DNA of 64,000 nucleotides from an uncultured delta proteobacterium (GCA_963713045.1 CAVQKE010000004.1:160001-224000); one strand, 5' to 3'. Numbered from the stretch's first letter, positions 1-10,241 are shown. Translations and numbers: made by a program. The notes: generated by a model from the sequence alone, not told the origin.

Positions 1-139
1 TCACCTCACGCTGTGGAGCGTTCCGAGCTCGACCCGCGTGTGGAGTTTCCGAGCGAGCCGAGGGGTCCAGCTGCCGCATCAGCTTTTGACTGACTGCTAT
101 CGCGACGCGCATTGTACGCACGGTGTGCCCGACTGGGGG

Positions 140-913
140 TCAAAAGGCATACCCGAGGCCCAACAGCACGTTCTGCTCGCCAAGGAAGCCCACCTCGAAG
201 AAGACTTCCAGGTGCGCCGGCAGGCTGAAGCTCGACCCCACGCTGAGTCGAAAATGGTGCTGGTCTGCGCCGGTCATGGACTCGCCGGCCGGCGCGAAGA
301 AAACTGGCCCGCCGATGACAGCCGCGCCGGCGTACGGCAGCCAGAAGCCAAACAGGCGCTTGCCGATGACGGCGGAGAGCCGGACATCCAGCGCAGTGAA
401 TTGCGGACGGTCATTCGTGTTGGCCTCGTTGTAGGTCGAGGCACTGGCCACGCCCGCCGTGAAGCTTACGGCGAGGTAAGGCGACGGACCGACACCATCG
501 AAAATGGTGAAGCCGACCGCGACGCTGCCGAGGACGCCTGGCTGCAGCCGGTAGTTGCCCAGCTGTCCGTCGAGGCTGCCGGAAATGAGGACGCCCAGCG
601 ACGCCTGCACGGACCAACGACTGGCAAACCGGTAGCTGAAGGCCGCCCCAGTGCTCACTTCTTCTAGGCGCTGGCCCAGGTCGCCGAAGACGAGGTCCGT
701 CCGCAGCCCGCCGGCACTGACGGAAACTTGAAAGGGCCGGTCGGCCTCGAGGGCTTCTCCGCACATGCCCGTGAGACCCACGGGCGCACCGACCCCTCAA
801 GCACGCGCCACGGTGGGCGCGAGCAGGGCCGTCCAGAACCCCGCGGCCCCCACCAGCATGCGAACGCGCAAGCGAAGGCGCCCGCTGCGTCGCGTCCAGG
901 TCGACAACGTCAC
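140..913 (-). CDS. Exported outer-membrane beta-barrel protein with an in-frame TGA (799-797), candidate selenoprotein
   Basis: GTG start at 913 with GAGAGG upstream (alternative ATG at 859). An Arg-rich n-region, a hydrophobic h-region and an A-R-A cleavage motif are followed by TGA and then GVGAP, in frame with ORF 140..781. That ORF has alternating amphipathic strands and ends LLGLGYAF (BAM beta-signal). Confidence 0.75.
767..785 (-). promoter_or_regulatory. Putative bacterial SECIS element
   Basis: GCCCGTG-GGTCT-CACGGGC, a perfect 7-bp stem starting 11 nt after the in-frame UGA. The loop GGUCU lies at +19..+23, the same register as the E. coli fdhF SECIS. Confidence 0.75.
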
Positions 914-1020
914 GCGCGCCTCTCTAGCCTGTCCGGCGCGTGGAAGCGACACGGCCCCCGATTGCTGCCTCCTGCCGCCCCTCATCGTTGGCGGACAAAC
1001 ACGAGCCCCGAGTGCGCATT

Positions 1021-1227
1021 GTGAAAGACAAGAAAGGTCACGCACCGCAGCGCGAACATCCACCGCCGATAGAAATGAAGCGGGATGAAAAGCGCTTCGC
1101 CGCTGAGAAAGAAGATGCCAAGGAGCCAAAACAGTGGGGTCCAAGTGAATCGAGGCGAATACCGGGCGAGAGACCGCCGCGCATCCGTGTATCTGACAAC
1201 AGAAGTGCCGTGCTGAAGTCGCTGTGA
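1021..1227 (+). CDS. Possible small charged hypothetical protein
   Basis: GTG-started part of ORF 940..1227, Lys/Glu/Arg-rich, no recognisable motif. Confidence 0.25.
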   Translation: MKDKKGHAPQREHPPPIEMKRDEKRFAAEKEDAKEPKQWGPSESRRIPGERPPRIRVSDNRSAVLKSL

Positions 1228-1590
1228 GAGTCCCCGGGCGCGATTGAACCGCCGAAGAAAGTTTACGAAGGCACTTCCCTCATTGTTTGCGCCGCTGAGG
1301 GGGATGGGGCTTGTTGATGCTGTGCCGTTTCGGTTCCGAGTCTCAGGGCGCAGGCCACGGGTTACGGAGGCGAGACAGCCGAGCCTCTTCCGCAGGCAGC
1401 CGCGAGTGAGATGCTCGGACGGCTCACTGGAAAGCGAATGGGGGTTTGCCTCCGGGCGCTCGTAACGGGCTTCTGCGGCGACTTTGCATAGTCCGCAAAA
1501 CCTGCGGGGAGTCAGCGTCGGACCCTGGAGAACTGCGAACGCTTAGAGCACGGCACGTTGAATGCAGGCCTTTGTGCCGGAGGCTTCGCC

Positions 1591-1716
1591 ATGACTGCCA
1601 TCCAGTCCGTATTCGCCGGATTGATGCTTCTCCCCCTGCTTCTGATGGTGGTGATTTTTGTGGAGCACTGGCTCAGGCATGCTCCTGGTTTCGGGCGAGA
1701 GCGAGGACTCGGCTAA
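1591..1716 (+). CDS. Small single-pass membrane protein (41 aa), not in the ORF track
   Basis: GGAGG at 1579-1583, then ATG at 1591. Translates as MTAIQSVFAGLMLLPLLLMVVIFVEHWLRHAPGFGRERGLG, then TAA. Confidence 0.5.
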   Translation: MTAIQSVFAGLMLLPLLLMVVIFVEHWLRHAPGFGRERGLG

Positions 1717-2142
1717 AGGAAGTCCCCGAGGGGAAGGTACTACTCGGAGCCACGCTGGCCTGGCGTTCGTGACTGGCCGCATGGAGTAAAAGGCAACGGG
1801 ACGCCGGTTGGCGATGTTTGGAAGCTGAACGGCTTCTCCAGATGCCGGAGCGCTCTCCTCGCAAGTTGGCCGCGGGTGCTAGGCCTGGACGTCGGGCGGC
1901 CTTTGAAGTGCCTTCGTAAACCGTGGGTCAGCGGTTCAATCGCGCCCGGGGGCTCTCGTTCTAGTTCAGCGAGTTCCGTCCACCTCTGCGCATCGCGCCG
2001 CGTCGAAGCTGCCGGGCGACTGCGTGCCTTCGTGCTGTCGCTGAATGACAGGGACTCGCACGTCCTGAGGACGAGTGAACGCGGGCTTGGATTTTGCAAG
2101 CTTGTCGAAGCAAGTGCTTGGCGTCCACAAAGGAGTCCCTCG

Positions 2143-3084
2143 ATGGGCCGCTCACACGAGAAGTACGAGCGGTTAATTGACCGCTGCAAGTCGCTACCGC
2201 CGACACCCACCGCAGTCGCTCACCCCTGTGATGAAGCCTCCCTAAGAGGCGTGGTCGACGCCGCGCGGGCGGGGCTAATTGCACCGGTGTTGGTAGGTCC
2301 CGCTTCCCGGGTCCGCGACATCGCGGCCAAGACAGGCCTCGACATCGGTGGCTTTCGAATCGTGGACGCCTCGTACAGCCAGGAGTCCGCTGCCAAGGCT
2401 GTGGCGTTGGTACGCAGTGGTGAGGTCGAGGCGCTGATGAAGGGGAGCCTTCACACCGACGAGTTGATGGGCGCGGTGGTGAAGCGCGAGACGGGCCTGC
2501 GGACGGCGCGGCGCCTCAGCCACTGTTTTGTGATGGACGTCCCGGGCCATCTCGAGCCGCTCATCATCACCGACGCCGCGATCAACATCGCGCCCACACT
2601 CCGGGACAAGGTCGACATCGTGCAAAACGCCATCGACCTGGCCCATGACCTCGGCGCGACGGAGGTCCGGGTCGCGATTCTATCCGCAAGGGAGACGGTC
2701 AACCCCGACATCCCCTCGACGGTGGAGGCCGCTGCACTCTGCAAGATGGCCGATCGCGGACAAATCACCGGCGCCCTGGTCGATGGGCCGCTAGCGCTCG
2801 ACAACGCAATCAGCCCAGAGGCGGCGAAGATCAAGAAGATTGCCTCGCCCGTCGCAGGCCGGGCCAACGTCTTGGTGGTCCCCGACCTCGAAGCCGGCAA
2901 CATGCTCGCCAAGAGTTTGACTTTCCTCGCTGGTGCCGACGCCGCGGGGATTGTCCTGGGCGCACGGGTGCCAATCATTCTCACCAGCCGGGCCGATTCT
3001 CTCATCGCCCGGCTTGCCTCTTGTGCCGTAGCGACCCTCGTCGCCCATGCCCGCCGGACGAGCGCAACGCGGGCAGTGAGCTGA
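2143..3084 (+). CDS. pta: Phosphate acetyl/butyryltransferase
   Basis: AGGAG RBS before ATG 2143; motifs LMKGSLHT, DAAINIAP, DGPLALDNA, PDLEAGN, LTSRAD. Confidence 0.9.
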   Translation: MGRSHEKYERLIDRCKSLPPTPTAVAHPCDEASLRGVVDAARAGLIAPVLVGPASRVRDIAAKTGLDIGGFRIVDASYSQESAAKAVALVRSGEVEALMKGSLHTDELMGAVVKRETGLRTARRLSHCFVMDVPGHLEPLIITDAAINIAPTLRDKVDIVQNAIDLAHDLGATEVRVAILSARETVNPDIPSTVEAAALCKMADRGQITGALVDGPLALDNAISPEAAKIKKIASPVAGRANVLVVPDLEAGNMLAKSLTFLAGADAAGIVLGARVPIILTSRADSLIARLASCAVATLVAHARRTSATRAVS

Positions 3085-3085
3085 A

Positions 3086-3386
3086 TTGGCCTCTGCGATT
3101 CTCGTTCTGAATGCGGGGTCCTCGGGAGCATCAGCTGGCGGCGGTCGGGCATCGCGTCGTTCACGGGGGCCTGGAGTTCTCTGAGCCAACGCGCCTGAGC
3201 CGCCAGGTCGTCGGACGCCTGGAGAAGTTTGTCCCGCTCGCACCATTGCACCAGCCGTACAACCTCGCCCCAATCCGATTCGTGCTTCAGCAGATGCCTG
3301 CGGTGCCGCAGGTCGCGTGCTTCGACACTGCATTTCACCGCACCCAGCCGGAGCTGGCCCAGGCATTTCGCGGACGCTGGGCATAA
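3086..3386 (+). pseudogene. ackA: Acetate kinase remnant (internal deletion and 3' truncation)
   Basis: N-terminal ILVLNAGSS (from TTG 3086) is joined out of frame to GHRVVHGG...LAPLHQP...FDTAFH; homology ends after ELAQAF. Confidence 0.85.
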
Positions 3387-3662
3387 ACGCTGGTCTGGTC
3401 TTCGCTTTATCTGCAAAAAATGTCATTTGTTCGCCACAAAGTAAGGGCGCGGAGGTGGCAACTCGCCACGGTTCTCCCGTGTCCTTCGCTCTCGGCACTG
3501 GGGTCAGCAGCGTGAATCAAAAGCTGCCTTGAAGACACCGAGGCGAAGGCCCCGACTGCAAATTCGGCTCACCTATTTCAGGTGGCGCCGCGGGCTGCCT
3601 CCGTCAGCGGCGAGTTTCTCGCTCGGAACAGCAGCCTCAACGGCGGAGACTATACTTGCCGC

Positions 3663-5213
3663 ATGGCAGCCCCGACGGCAGAGAAGGCCGAGGTCCTTGT
3701 GGTCGGGGCGGGTCCAACGGGTTTGGTGCTGGCGCTCTGGCTCAAACGTCTGGGCGTCTCAGTCCGCATCATCGACAAGACCGCGGAGGCGGGCACAACC
3801 TCGCGCGCGCTGGCAGTCCACGCGCGGACCCTGGAGCTCTATCGTCAAATTGGTTTTGCCCAGGAAGTCGTCGAAGCAGGGCTCGAGTTCAACGCGGTCA
3901 ACCTCTGGGCTCGTGGCAAGCACACAGCACGGGTCTCGCTGGCCGACATTGGCGAGGGCTTAAGCCCTTTCCCATACGCCCTCATCTTCCCGCAGGACAA
4001 GCACGAGCGGCTCCTCATCGACCATCTGGAACGCACCGGCGTCGAGGTGGAGCGTTGCACCGACCTCGTCGGCTTCGAAGATGACGGCGAGCGGATCGTC
4101 GCTCGCTTGAAGCGCGAGGACCGTCCCACGGTGGACTGCGAGGCCGCTTACATCGCCGGCTGCGATGGCGCTCGCTCCACGGTCCGTGAGCTACTCGGGA
4201 TCGAGTTCCCAGGCGGCACCTACCAGCGGGTTTTCTACGTTGCCGACGTCGTGCTTCATGGACCGACGAGCAACCACGAGCTTCACGTCGCTGTCGACGA
4301 GGCCGATTTCCTCGCTGTCTTTCCGATGAAGGGAGAGAACGCCGGTCGACTCATCGGCACGGTGCGGCGCGAGTCCGAGGAGCACGACCGGGACTTGACG
4401 TGGAACGACGTGAGCCAGAAAGCGGTCGACCGGATGCAAATTGCAGTCGAGCGAGTCAATTGGTTCTCGACCTACCGTGTGCACCACCGGGTGGCTCATC
4501 GCTTTGGGCGAGGTCGGGCCTTTCTTTTGGGCGATGCCGCACACATTCACAGTCCGGTCGGCGGACAGGGAATGAATACCGGCATCGGTGACGCCATCAA
4601 TCTGGCGTGGAAGCTTGCCGCTGTCCTTCAGCGCCGAGCAAACGCGAGGCTCCTCGACAGCTACCAGCCAGAACGTGTCGGCTTCGCCAAGCGACTCGTT
4701 GCCACGACTGATCGGGTGTTTACGGTTGCCTCACGGGACGGCCCGATCGCTCGAGCTGTCCGCCTCGACGTCCTTCCCCGGATTTTGCCCTGGCTATTGG
4801 CCTCCACGCGGGTTCGCCGATTCGTCTTCAAGACCATCTCCCAAGTCTTGGTGAATTACCGTCCCGATGCGCTCAGCGAAGGCAAGGCCGGCTCGGTGCA
4901 GGGGGGAGATTGTCTCCCGTGGGTCAAGCCGCAAAACCAAGGCGACCCTGACAACTTCACGCCCCTGACGTCACTCGACTGGCAGGTCCACGTCTACGGC
5001 GAGGCGTCTGCTGAATTCTCGGCGGCATGTGTCGGCCGTGGGCTTACCCTCTGCGTATTCCCGTGGGGAGCGAGCGCCGAATCAGCTGGCTTGGCGCACA
5101 ACGCGAGCTACCTGGTGCGACCCGATGGCTACGTTGGGCTCGCGGACCCAAACGCGAGCGCTCAGTCCCTGGAGACCTACCTCGACGCGCAGGGGCTGCG
5201 GCTTCGGTCGTGA
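3663..5213 (+). CDS. FAD-dependent monooxygenase (aromatic hydroxylase, PheA/TfdB-like)
   Basis: VVGAGPTG, GCDGARS, GDAAHIHSPVGGQGMNTG, and C-terminal LVRPDGYV. Confidence 0.9.
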   Translation: MAAPTAEKAEVLVVGAGPTGLVLALWLKRLGVSVRIIDKTAEAGTTSRALAVHARTLELYRQIGFAQEVVEAGLEFNAVNLWARGKHTARVSLADIGEGLSPFPYALIFPQDKHERLLIDHLERTGVEVERCTDLVGFEDDGERIVARLKREDRPTVDCEAAYIAGCDGARSTVRELLGIEFPGGTYQRVFYVADVVLHGPTSNHELHVAVDEADFLAVFPMKGENAGRLIGTVRRESEEHDRDLTWNDVSQKAVDRMQIAVERVNWFSTYRVHHRVAHRFGRGRAFLLGDAAHIHSPVGGQGMNTGIGDAINLAWKLAAVLQRRANARLLDSYQPERVGFAKRLVATTDRVFTVASRDGPIARAVRLDVLPRILPWLLASTRVRRFVFKTISQVLVNYRPDALSEGKAGSVQGGDCLPWVKPQNQGDPDNFTPLTSLDWQVHVYGEASAEFSAACVGRGLTLCVFPWGASAESAGLAHNASYLVRPDGYVGLADPNASAQSLETYLDAQGLRLRS

Positions 5214-5739
5214 CGCAGCAAGGTGCAGCTCATTCCCGCCGCGTTCGACACCCAGAAACCATTCGGGGCACGGTGGTGCAGCGCATGCTTATTCAGTCCG
5301 TGGCGTTTCGAAGAGTTTCAGAAGCATCCACAGCAGAGAAGTGACGGCGAACGCGAGTGCTAAGGCCCGGAAGAGTGCTTGGGGGTGGTGGAACACGGTT
5401 GGTATGCCTCAGGCCTGCGGAGGCGTTTTGCGAGGGCCGTGCCGGGCCTCAATGAAAAGGTGGCGTACTGGTATTATGGGAAGTTGCGCGACCGCCGGGG
5501 GGGTCACTCCATCAACTTGGGGCGTGCGGGACCCAGCGCGGCGCCGAGTCGATGAGCAGTTGGGCCACGCTGCGGGCTCTGGTGCGTCAAGCGTTTGCCG
5601 TGTCGACGGACTCGGGTCTTTTTGACCCTCGCGCACACCAGCGGTGGCTTGTCGTCTCTGCTGGGGGCGAAGGGCGCTGGACCGCACCGTTCGCGCGGGA
5701 GGGGAAGGGCGCCTACCTCGACGGTCCCGAGCCGGCTGG

Positions 5740-6750
5740 CTATTGGGCGGTGACGGCCACGATTGGAGCGAGAAGGCCGAACCAGAGCGCTGACGTCGGA
5801 CCAGCGTCGGGAATCGGGATGCCGCCGGACGTCTGGTAGATGGCCCCTTGAGAGACGATGCCGACCTGCAAGGAAAGGCTCCCGGTAGGCAAGCTGTTGG
5901 CAGGGACGGTGACCGACGTGGTGGTGAAGGGCAGCTCTCCGCTGCTTGAGTTGGCTGGAAGTGGAAAGACCTGATTCAAGTTACTGTCGTTATTTTCGTA
6001 CATTTGGACGTAGTAGTCAGCATTATCGGTCGGGGCCCCGCCCGTCCAACTGATGGTGTTGGCGTCCGCCACCGTCCAGGTGGCGGGCGAGGTAGGGGCC
6101 GTGATGGTCGGCGGCGTGGTAAATTGCGTCCCGCTCGCGCTGTACACGTTCCCGCCGATGTTGACATTCACTGTGGCGGACGCGCCCTCGGCGATGAGGA
6201 GGTTGTTGTTGTCGTAATAGAGACCCTGTTGGTAATAAAGCAAGGTCACGCCATTGACGATGACGATTGCGTTGCTGATGGGACTACTACAGGCAATATC
6301 CGAACACACAAAGACGAACGCCGAGCCAAAATACGGAGACTCGCTTGTCCCCGGGTCCAGGGTGAAGAGGGTGGCCCAGATGTATGGAGCATTTGCGCCC
6401 GACGCGGACGGGGTCGCGCTTACTTGCAAGGACGGCGCAGACTCGCCGCCGCTGCCCACGGCCGTGACGACGTAATAATAGGTGGTGTCGTTGGTGAGCC
6501 CGGATTGAGTGAACGGGTTCGTCGCACCGGAGATTCTGGTGCCGCTGCCCGGTGTAACCCCGTTCGTCGTCGACCAATAGATGTTGTAGTAGCTGGCCCC
6601 AGTGATGGCCGACCAAGAGATGGTGACCTGAGCGTTTCCCGGCGCCGCGGTCACCCCAGTCGGCGCCGATGGCGCGAAGCCGCCGCCGCCACTGGTTCCA
6701 CAGCCGAAAAAGGCGAGGGTGAGGCACAAGAGGGCGAGCAGCTTGTTCAT
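5740..6750 (-). CDS. Lipoprotein with a fibronectin type III domain
   Basis: Lipobox FFGC after a hydrophobic signal; APSAPTGVTA...VTISW...YNIYW...GLTNDTTYYYVVTAV is an FN3 pattern. Confidence 0.8.
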   Translation of the reverse strand: MNKLLALLCLTLAFFGCGTSGGGGFAPSAPTGVTAAPGNAQVTISWSAITGASYYNIYWSTTNGVTPGSGTRISGATNPFTQSGLTNDTTYYYVVTAVGSGGESAPSLQVSATPSASGANAPYIWATLFTLDPGTSESPYFGSAFVFVCSDIACSSPISNAIVIVNGVTLLYYQQGLYYDNNNLLIAEGASATVNVNIGGNVYSASGTQFTTPPTITAPTSPATWTVADANTISWTGGAPTDNADYYVQMYENNDSNLNQVFPLPANSSSGELPFTTTSVTVPANSLPTGSLSLQVGIVSQGAIYQTSGGIPIPDAGPTSALWFGLLAPIVAVTAQ

Positions 6751-7063
6751 GGTAGGCAATGCTCCGAAGGGGAATTCCCCACCGTACCCCCGAGCCGGCC
6801 GCCTGTCTCTTCCCCATGCTGCCTCGGTGGGGCACCAGGCGAAGCGGCACAGTGAGGCGTGGGACCAAACGCCGTGCAGCAACCCCGCGCGACTCGACCG
6901 AAAATGTCGGGAATTGGCAAGGTCGAAGCGTGAAGTGCCGTTCGTCACATTGAGCCGGCACCTTTTCGGCTAAGGATGCAACCCTCGCTGTGTTACCGCG
7001 GCGTTGGAGGCGCGCGACCGCCTACCGAGCCCGGACAAAACCGCAGGACCAGAGAGGCACCGG

Positions 7064-7777
7064 ATGCGCAGAATCGACCGTTTGGCAAGGCTTGCTGTCG
7101 GGACGTTGCTCATTTCAGCGATTGGCCTAGCGCAACCTTCCCCTGGAGCAGCACCGTCCCCGGAACAGCGGCTGGCTGCCATCAAGCAGTCACTGGCGCA
7201 GAGCCAGCAGGCTTTGCGCAGTTACGAGTGGATTGAGACGACCGCGGTCAGCGTCAAAGGCGAGGAGAAGTCACGCAAGCAAAACCGCTGCTACTACGGC
7301 GCGGATGGCGTCCTGCAGAAGGTGCCAATTGCGTCGACTCCTCCGCCAGCCCAGAAGCGCGGACTGCGCGGCGCCATCGTCGCGTCCAAGACCGAGGAAA
7401 TGACGGACTACCTGAAGCAGGCGGTCGCTCTGGTGAAGAGTTATGTGCCTCCGGACCCAGCGCTCATCCAGAGGTCCAAGGACGCCGGAAAGATGTCGCT
7501 GGACATCCTTCAGCCGGGCAAAGTGGTCCGGCTCGTGTTTCGTGACTACCGCATGCCGGGAGACGTTCTCGGCCTCACGCTGGACATGACCAGTAACAAA
7601 TTGGCTGGCATGAACGTCGGAAGCTACATTGGCCAGCCGAGTGACGCGGTGACCCTCGATGTCACCTTCGGCTTACTGAATGACGGGACCGTCTACCCGG
7701 CACAAGTGGTGCTGAACGCTAAGGCCAAGAGCGTCACGGTGTCGGTCATAAACTCCGGGTACAAGAAAAACGGCTAG
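7064..7777 (+). CDS. Secreted hypothetical protein
   Basis: GAGAGG RBS, signal peptide ending GLA-Q, coding-like composition. Confidence 0.7.
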   Translation: MRRIDRLARLAVGTLLISAIGLAQPSPGAAPSPEQRLAAIKQSLAQSQQALRSYEWIETTAVSVKGEEKSRKQNRCYYGADGVLQKVPIASTPPPAQKRGLRGAIVASKTEEMTDYLKQAVALVKSYVPPDPALIQRSKDAGKMSLDILQPGKVVRLVFRDYRMPGDVLGLTLDMTSNKLAGMNVGSYIGQPSDAVTLDVTFGLLNDGTVYPAQVVLNAKAKSVTVSVINSGYKKNG

Positions 7778-7781
7778 CAGC

Positions 7782-8399
7782 GTGGCGCAGCGGCTCGGAC
7801 CTTTGGAGGCAGCCACCGTCGGGTTTCGCCTTCACACTGGTTGGGCAGTGGCCGTGGCCCTCGCGTCGAAGCTGCGGGTGGTGGACCGGCGGCGTTTGAC
7901 GCTGGTCGAGGAAACGGACCATGACGCGGTGTTCGTCTACCACGCGGCGGCCGAATTGGGCGCCGAGGCGGCCGAGCACCATGTGACGAAGGCTCTCGGA
8001 ATTGCCCAGGCTCGCGCCGTGAACGAAATGACTCAGCTTGTCTCGGACCTGGCGGCCAGCAGGCATTTCATCTCCGCGCTGGGATTGCCGCGCCGTCTGC
8101 AGCGCCCACTTCCGTCCTTCAGCGACATCCTCCATTCACATCCCCTCATTCATGCCGCCGAAGGCGAGCTGTTTCGTTCCGCGCTCCTCGACGCTTGCAC
8201 CAAGCTTGGATTGACAGTGGTCGGCGTCGCGTCCAAGGAGTTGCTGCCGCAGGCGGCGCAAGCCACCGGCCTTCGCCCAGCGGAGTTGAAACGGCGAATC
8301 GAGGGGCTTGGACGAACACTTGGAGCGCCCTGGGCCAAGGACCAGAAGGAGGCGGCGCTGGCGTCCCTGGTTGCGGCCGGTGCCACGTCAACCCGTTAG
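7782..8399 (+). CDS. Hypothetical protein (possibly RNase H-like fold)
   Basis: Starts 4 nt after the previous stop; beta-strand start VGFRLHTGWAVAVAL; ends PWAKDQKEAAL. Confidence 0.6.
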   Translation: MAQRLGPLEAATVGFRLHTGWAVAVALASKLRVVDRRRLTLVEETDHDAVFVYHAAAELGAEAAEHHVTKALGIAQARAVNEMTQLVSDLAASRHFISALGLPRRLQRPLPSFSDILHSHPLIHAAEGELFRSALLDACTKLGLTVVGVASKELLPQAAQATGLRPAELKRRIEGLGRTLGAPWAKDQKEAALASLVAAGATSTR

Positions 8400-8447
8400 G
8401 GGCCGGTTCGCGACCGCACAACGGCGCGAGGGCCTCAGCAGGACGCT

Positions 8448-9533
8448 TCAATCACCGAATGAGATGCCCAATTCTCGGCAGGTGTGCACCGTGTCGCCAT
8501 CCAGAGGGACGCGCTTGATGCCGGTCACGGCGTCGGCGAGCGGGACGGCCATCATTTCCGGCGGGTGGAAGGCCACCATCACGTTGCGACGGCCCTCGGC
8601 AATGAGGCGGACCGCCGCCGCACCAAACCGTAGGGCCACCAGGCGGTCAAAAGCCGTGGGTGAACCTCCGCGTTGCAGGTGGCCCAGGACGAGGGACCGA
8701 GTCTCCTTGCCGATGCGTCGGGTGATTTCCGCAGCGACCCATTCGGCGACGCCCCCGAGGAGAGGCTCTCCACGGCCTGGCGACTGCTCGTCCCGCGTGA
8801 GTGGGGCGGACCCAAGCGGCTGCGCGCCCTCCGCTGCGACCACGATGCCATAGTGCTTGCCGCGGCCCTCGCTCTCGGTCAAGGCCTGACAGACGCGATC
8901 GATGTCAAAGGGGATTTCTGGCAGCAGGATGACGTCCGCCGAACCGGATAGTCCGCTGTGAAGGGCAATCCAACCCGCGTTTCGCCCCATCACCTCCACC
9001 ACCAAAACGCGCTCATGGGCGCTCGCGGTGGAGTGAAGCTTGTCGATGGCCTCAGTCGCGGTGGAGACGGCCGTGTCGAAACCGAAGGTCGCCATCGTGG
9101 CGGACAAGTCGTTGTCGATGGTCTTCGGGACACCGATGACGGGTAACCCCTTGAGCGAGAGTCGGTGGGCCAGCTTCAGGCTGCCGTCACCGCCCATTGC
9201 CACCAAGGCGTCGAGGCCCAGCTTGTGGAAGTTGAGGACCACGCGGTCCGAGACGTCCTCAAAATGGGTCCGCCCCGTGGAGGGCTCGACCACTGGATAG
9301 TGAAAGGGGTCCCCCCGATTGGTGGTCCCGAGAATGGTCCCCCCGTGCGCGACGATTCCGGCCACGCGTTCGGGGAGGAGGAGGGTGATGCGGCTCGGGT
9401 CGACAAGCCCGGCGTACCCACTCTGAATTCCCAAGACCTCCCAGCCGCGCCGGTGCGCTGCCGTCGTCACGGCGTAGATGGCAGCATTCAGTCCTGGAGC
9501 GTCGCCGCCGCCAGTGCTGATGGCGATTCGCAT
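8448..9533 (-). CDS. pfkA: 6-phosphofructokinase (group III-like)
   Basis: TGGGDAPGLN, GGTILGT, GGDGS, PKTIDND, VEVMGR, LGHLQRGG. Confidence 0.93.
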   Translation of the reverse strand: MRIAISTGGGDAPGLNAAIYAVTTAAHRRGWEVLGIQSGYAGLVDPSRITLLLPERVAGIVAHGGTILGTTNRGDPFHYPVVEPSTGRTHFEDVSDRVVLNFHKLGLDALVAMGGDGSLKLAHRLSLKGLPVIGVPKTIDNDLSATMATFGFDTAVSTATEAIDKLHSTASAHERVLVVEVMGRNAGWIALHSGLSGSADVILLPEIPFDIDRVCQALTESEGRGKHYGIVVAAEGAQPLGSAPLTRDEQSPGRGEPLLGGVAEWVAAEITRRIGKETRSLVLGHLQRGGSPTAFDRLVALRFGAAAVRLIAEGRRNVMVAFHPPEMMAVPLADAVTGIKRVPLDGDTVHTCRELGISFGD

Positions 9534-9707
9534 CAGCTAGTCTTCCTTCCTTGGAAGGGCGGGCGGCGCTGGCCTGTTGCTGAAGGAGCGGACGCCGGCT
9601 GCACGCTTTGGTCCCTCGTCTTTCCGTCCCTGGACGGGCACGGCCAGCGTAGACCCTTGCCGAGGGCTGCTCCAGAAGGCCGGGCCAGCCTTGGCGCGGC
9701 GCCCGCC

Positions 9708-10241
9708 CTATGCCTCGGTCTGGGAGGCTGGGGTGCGCGTAAAGGGATGCTCACTTTGGGCAAAGCGCCACGTGACGAAGAGAGGGAGCAGCCACCAGGG
9801 AAGGTTGGCGCCGGCTACCGTCGCGATGGCGGGACTCCGGGACGGACCCACACACTCCTCGAACATGATGATGGTCACGATGGCGAACATCATCCCTGCC
9901 CAAAAGAAGGCCGGAATGCGAATCCACTCCTTGCCTCGGATGATGGCATAGAGGGCAACCGCGTAGAACGGCCCGAACAGCAAGACGTCAATCCAGATGG
10001 TCGCGCGCCACCATGCCGGCCGCGCGTTCTGGAGCGGGTCGAAGTTGTCGCCCCACCAGTGCACCAGGTCGACCATCGGTCTGGGCGGCCACGCCGGGTA
10101 GGCGAAATGGTCCCGGGAGGCGATGACCAGCTGCTCGAGGTCGACGATGTAAGTGATGAGCGCGAGGTTCACCACGAAGAAGGCAAGGATGAGCCAATCC
10201 ACCGGCCGGTCGCGGAGCGGGATGACCGTTCTCGACGCCAT
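9708..10241 (-). CDS. EXPERA / emopamil-binding-protein-like membrane protein
   Basis: Four hydrophobic segments; WWGDNFDPL, IWIDVLLFGPFY, ANLPWWLLP. Confidence 0.65.
   Translation of the reverse strand: MASRTVIPLRDRPVDWLILAFFVVNLALITYIVDLEQLVIASRDHFAYPAWPPRPMVDLVHWWGDNFDPLQNARPAWWRATIWIDVLLFGPFYAVALYAIIRGKEWIRIPAFFWAGMMFAIVTIIMFEECVGPSRSPAIATVAGANLPWWLLPLFVTWRFAQSEHPFTRTPASQTEA

Noticed and set aside
38..667. 209-aa plus-strand ORF
   Set aside because: Antisense shadow of the barrel gene; no motifs.
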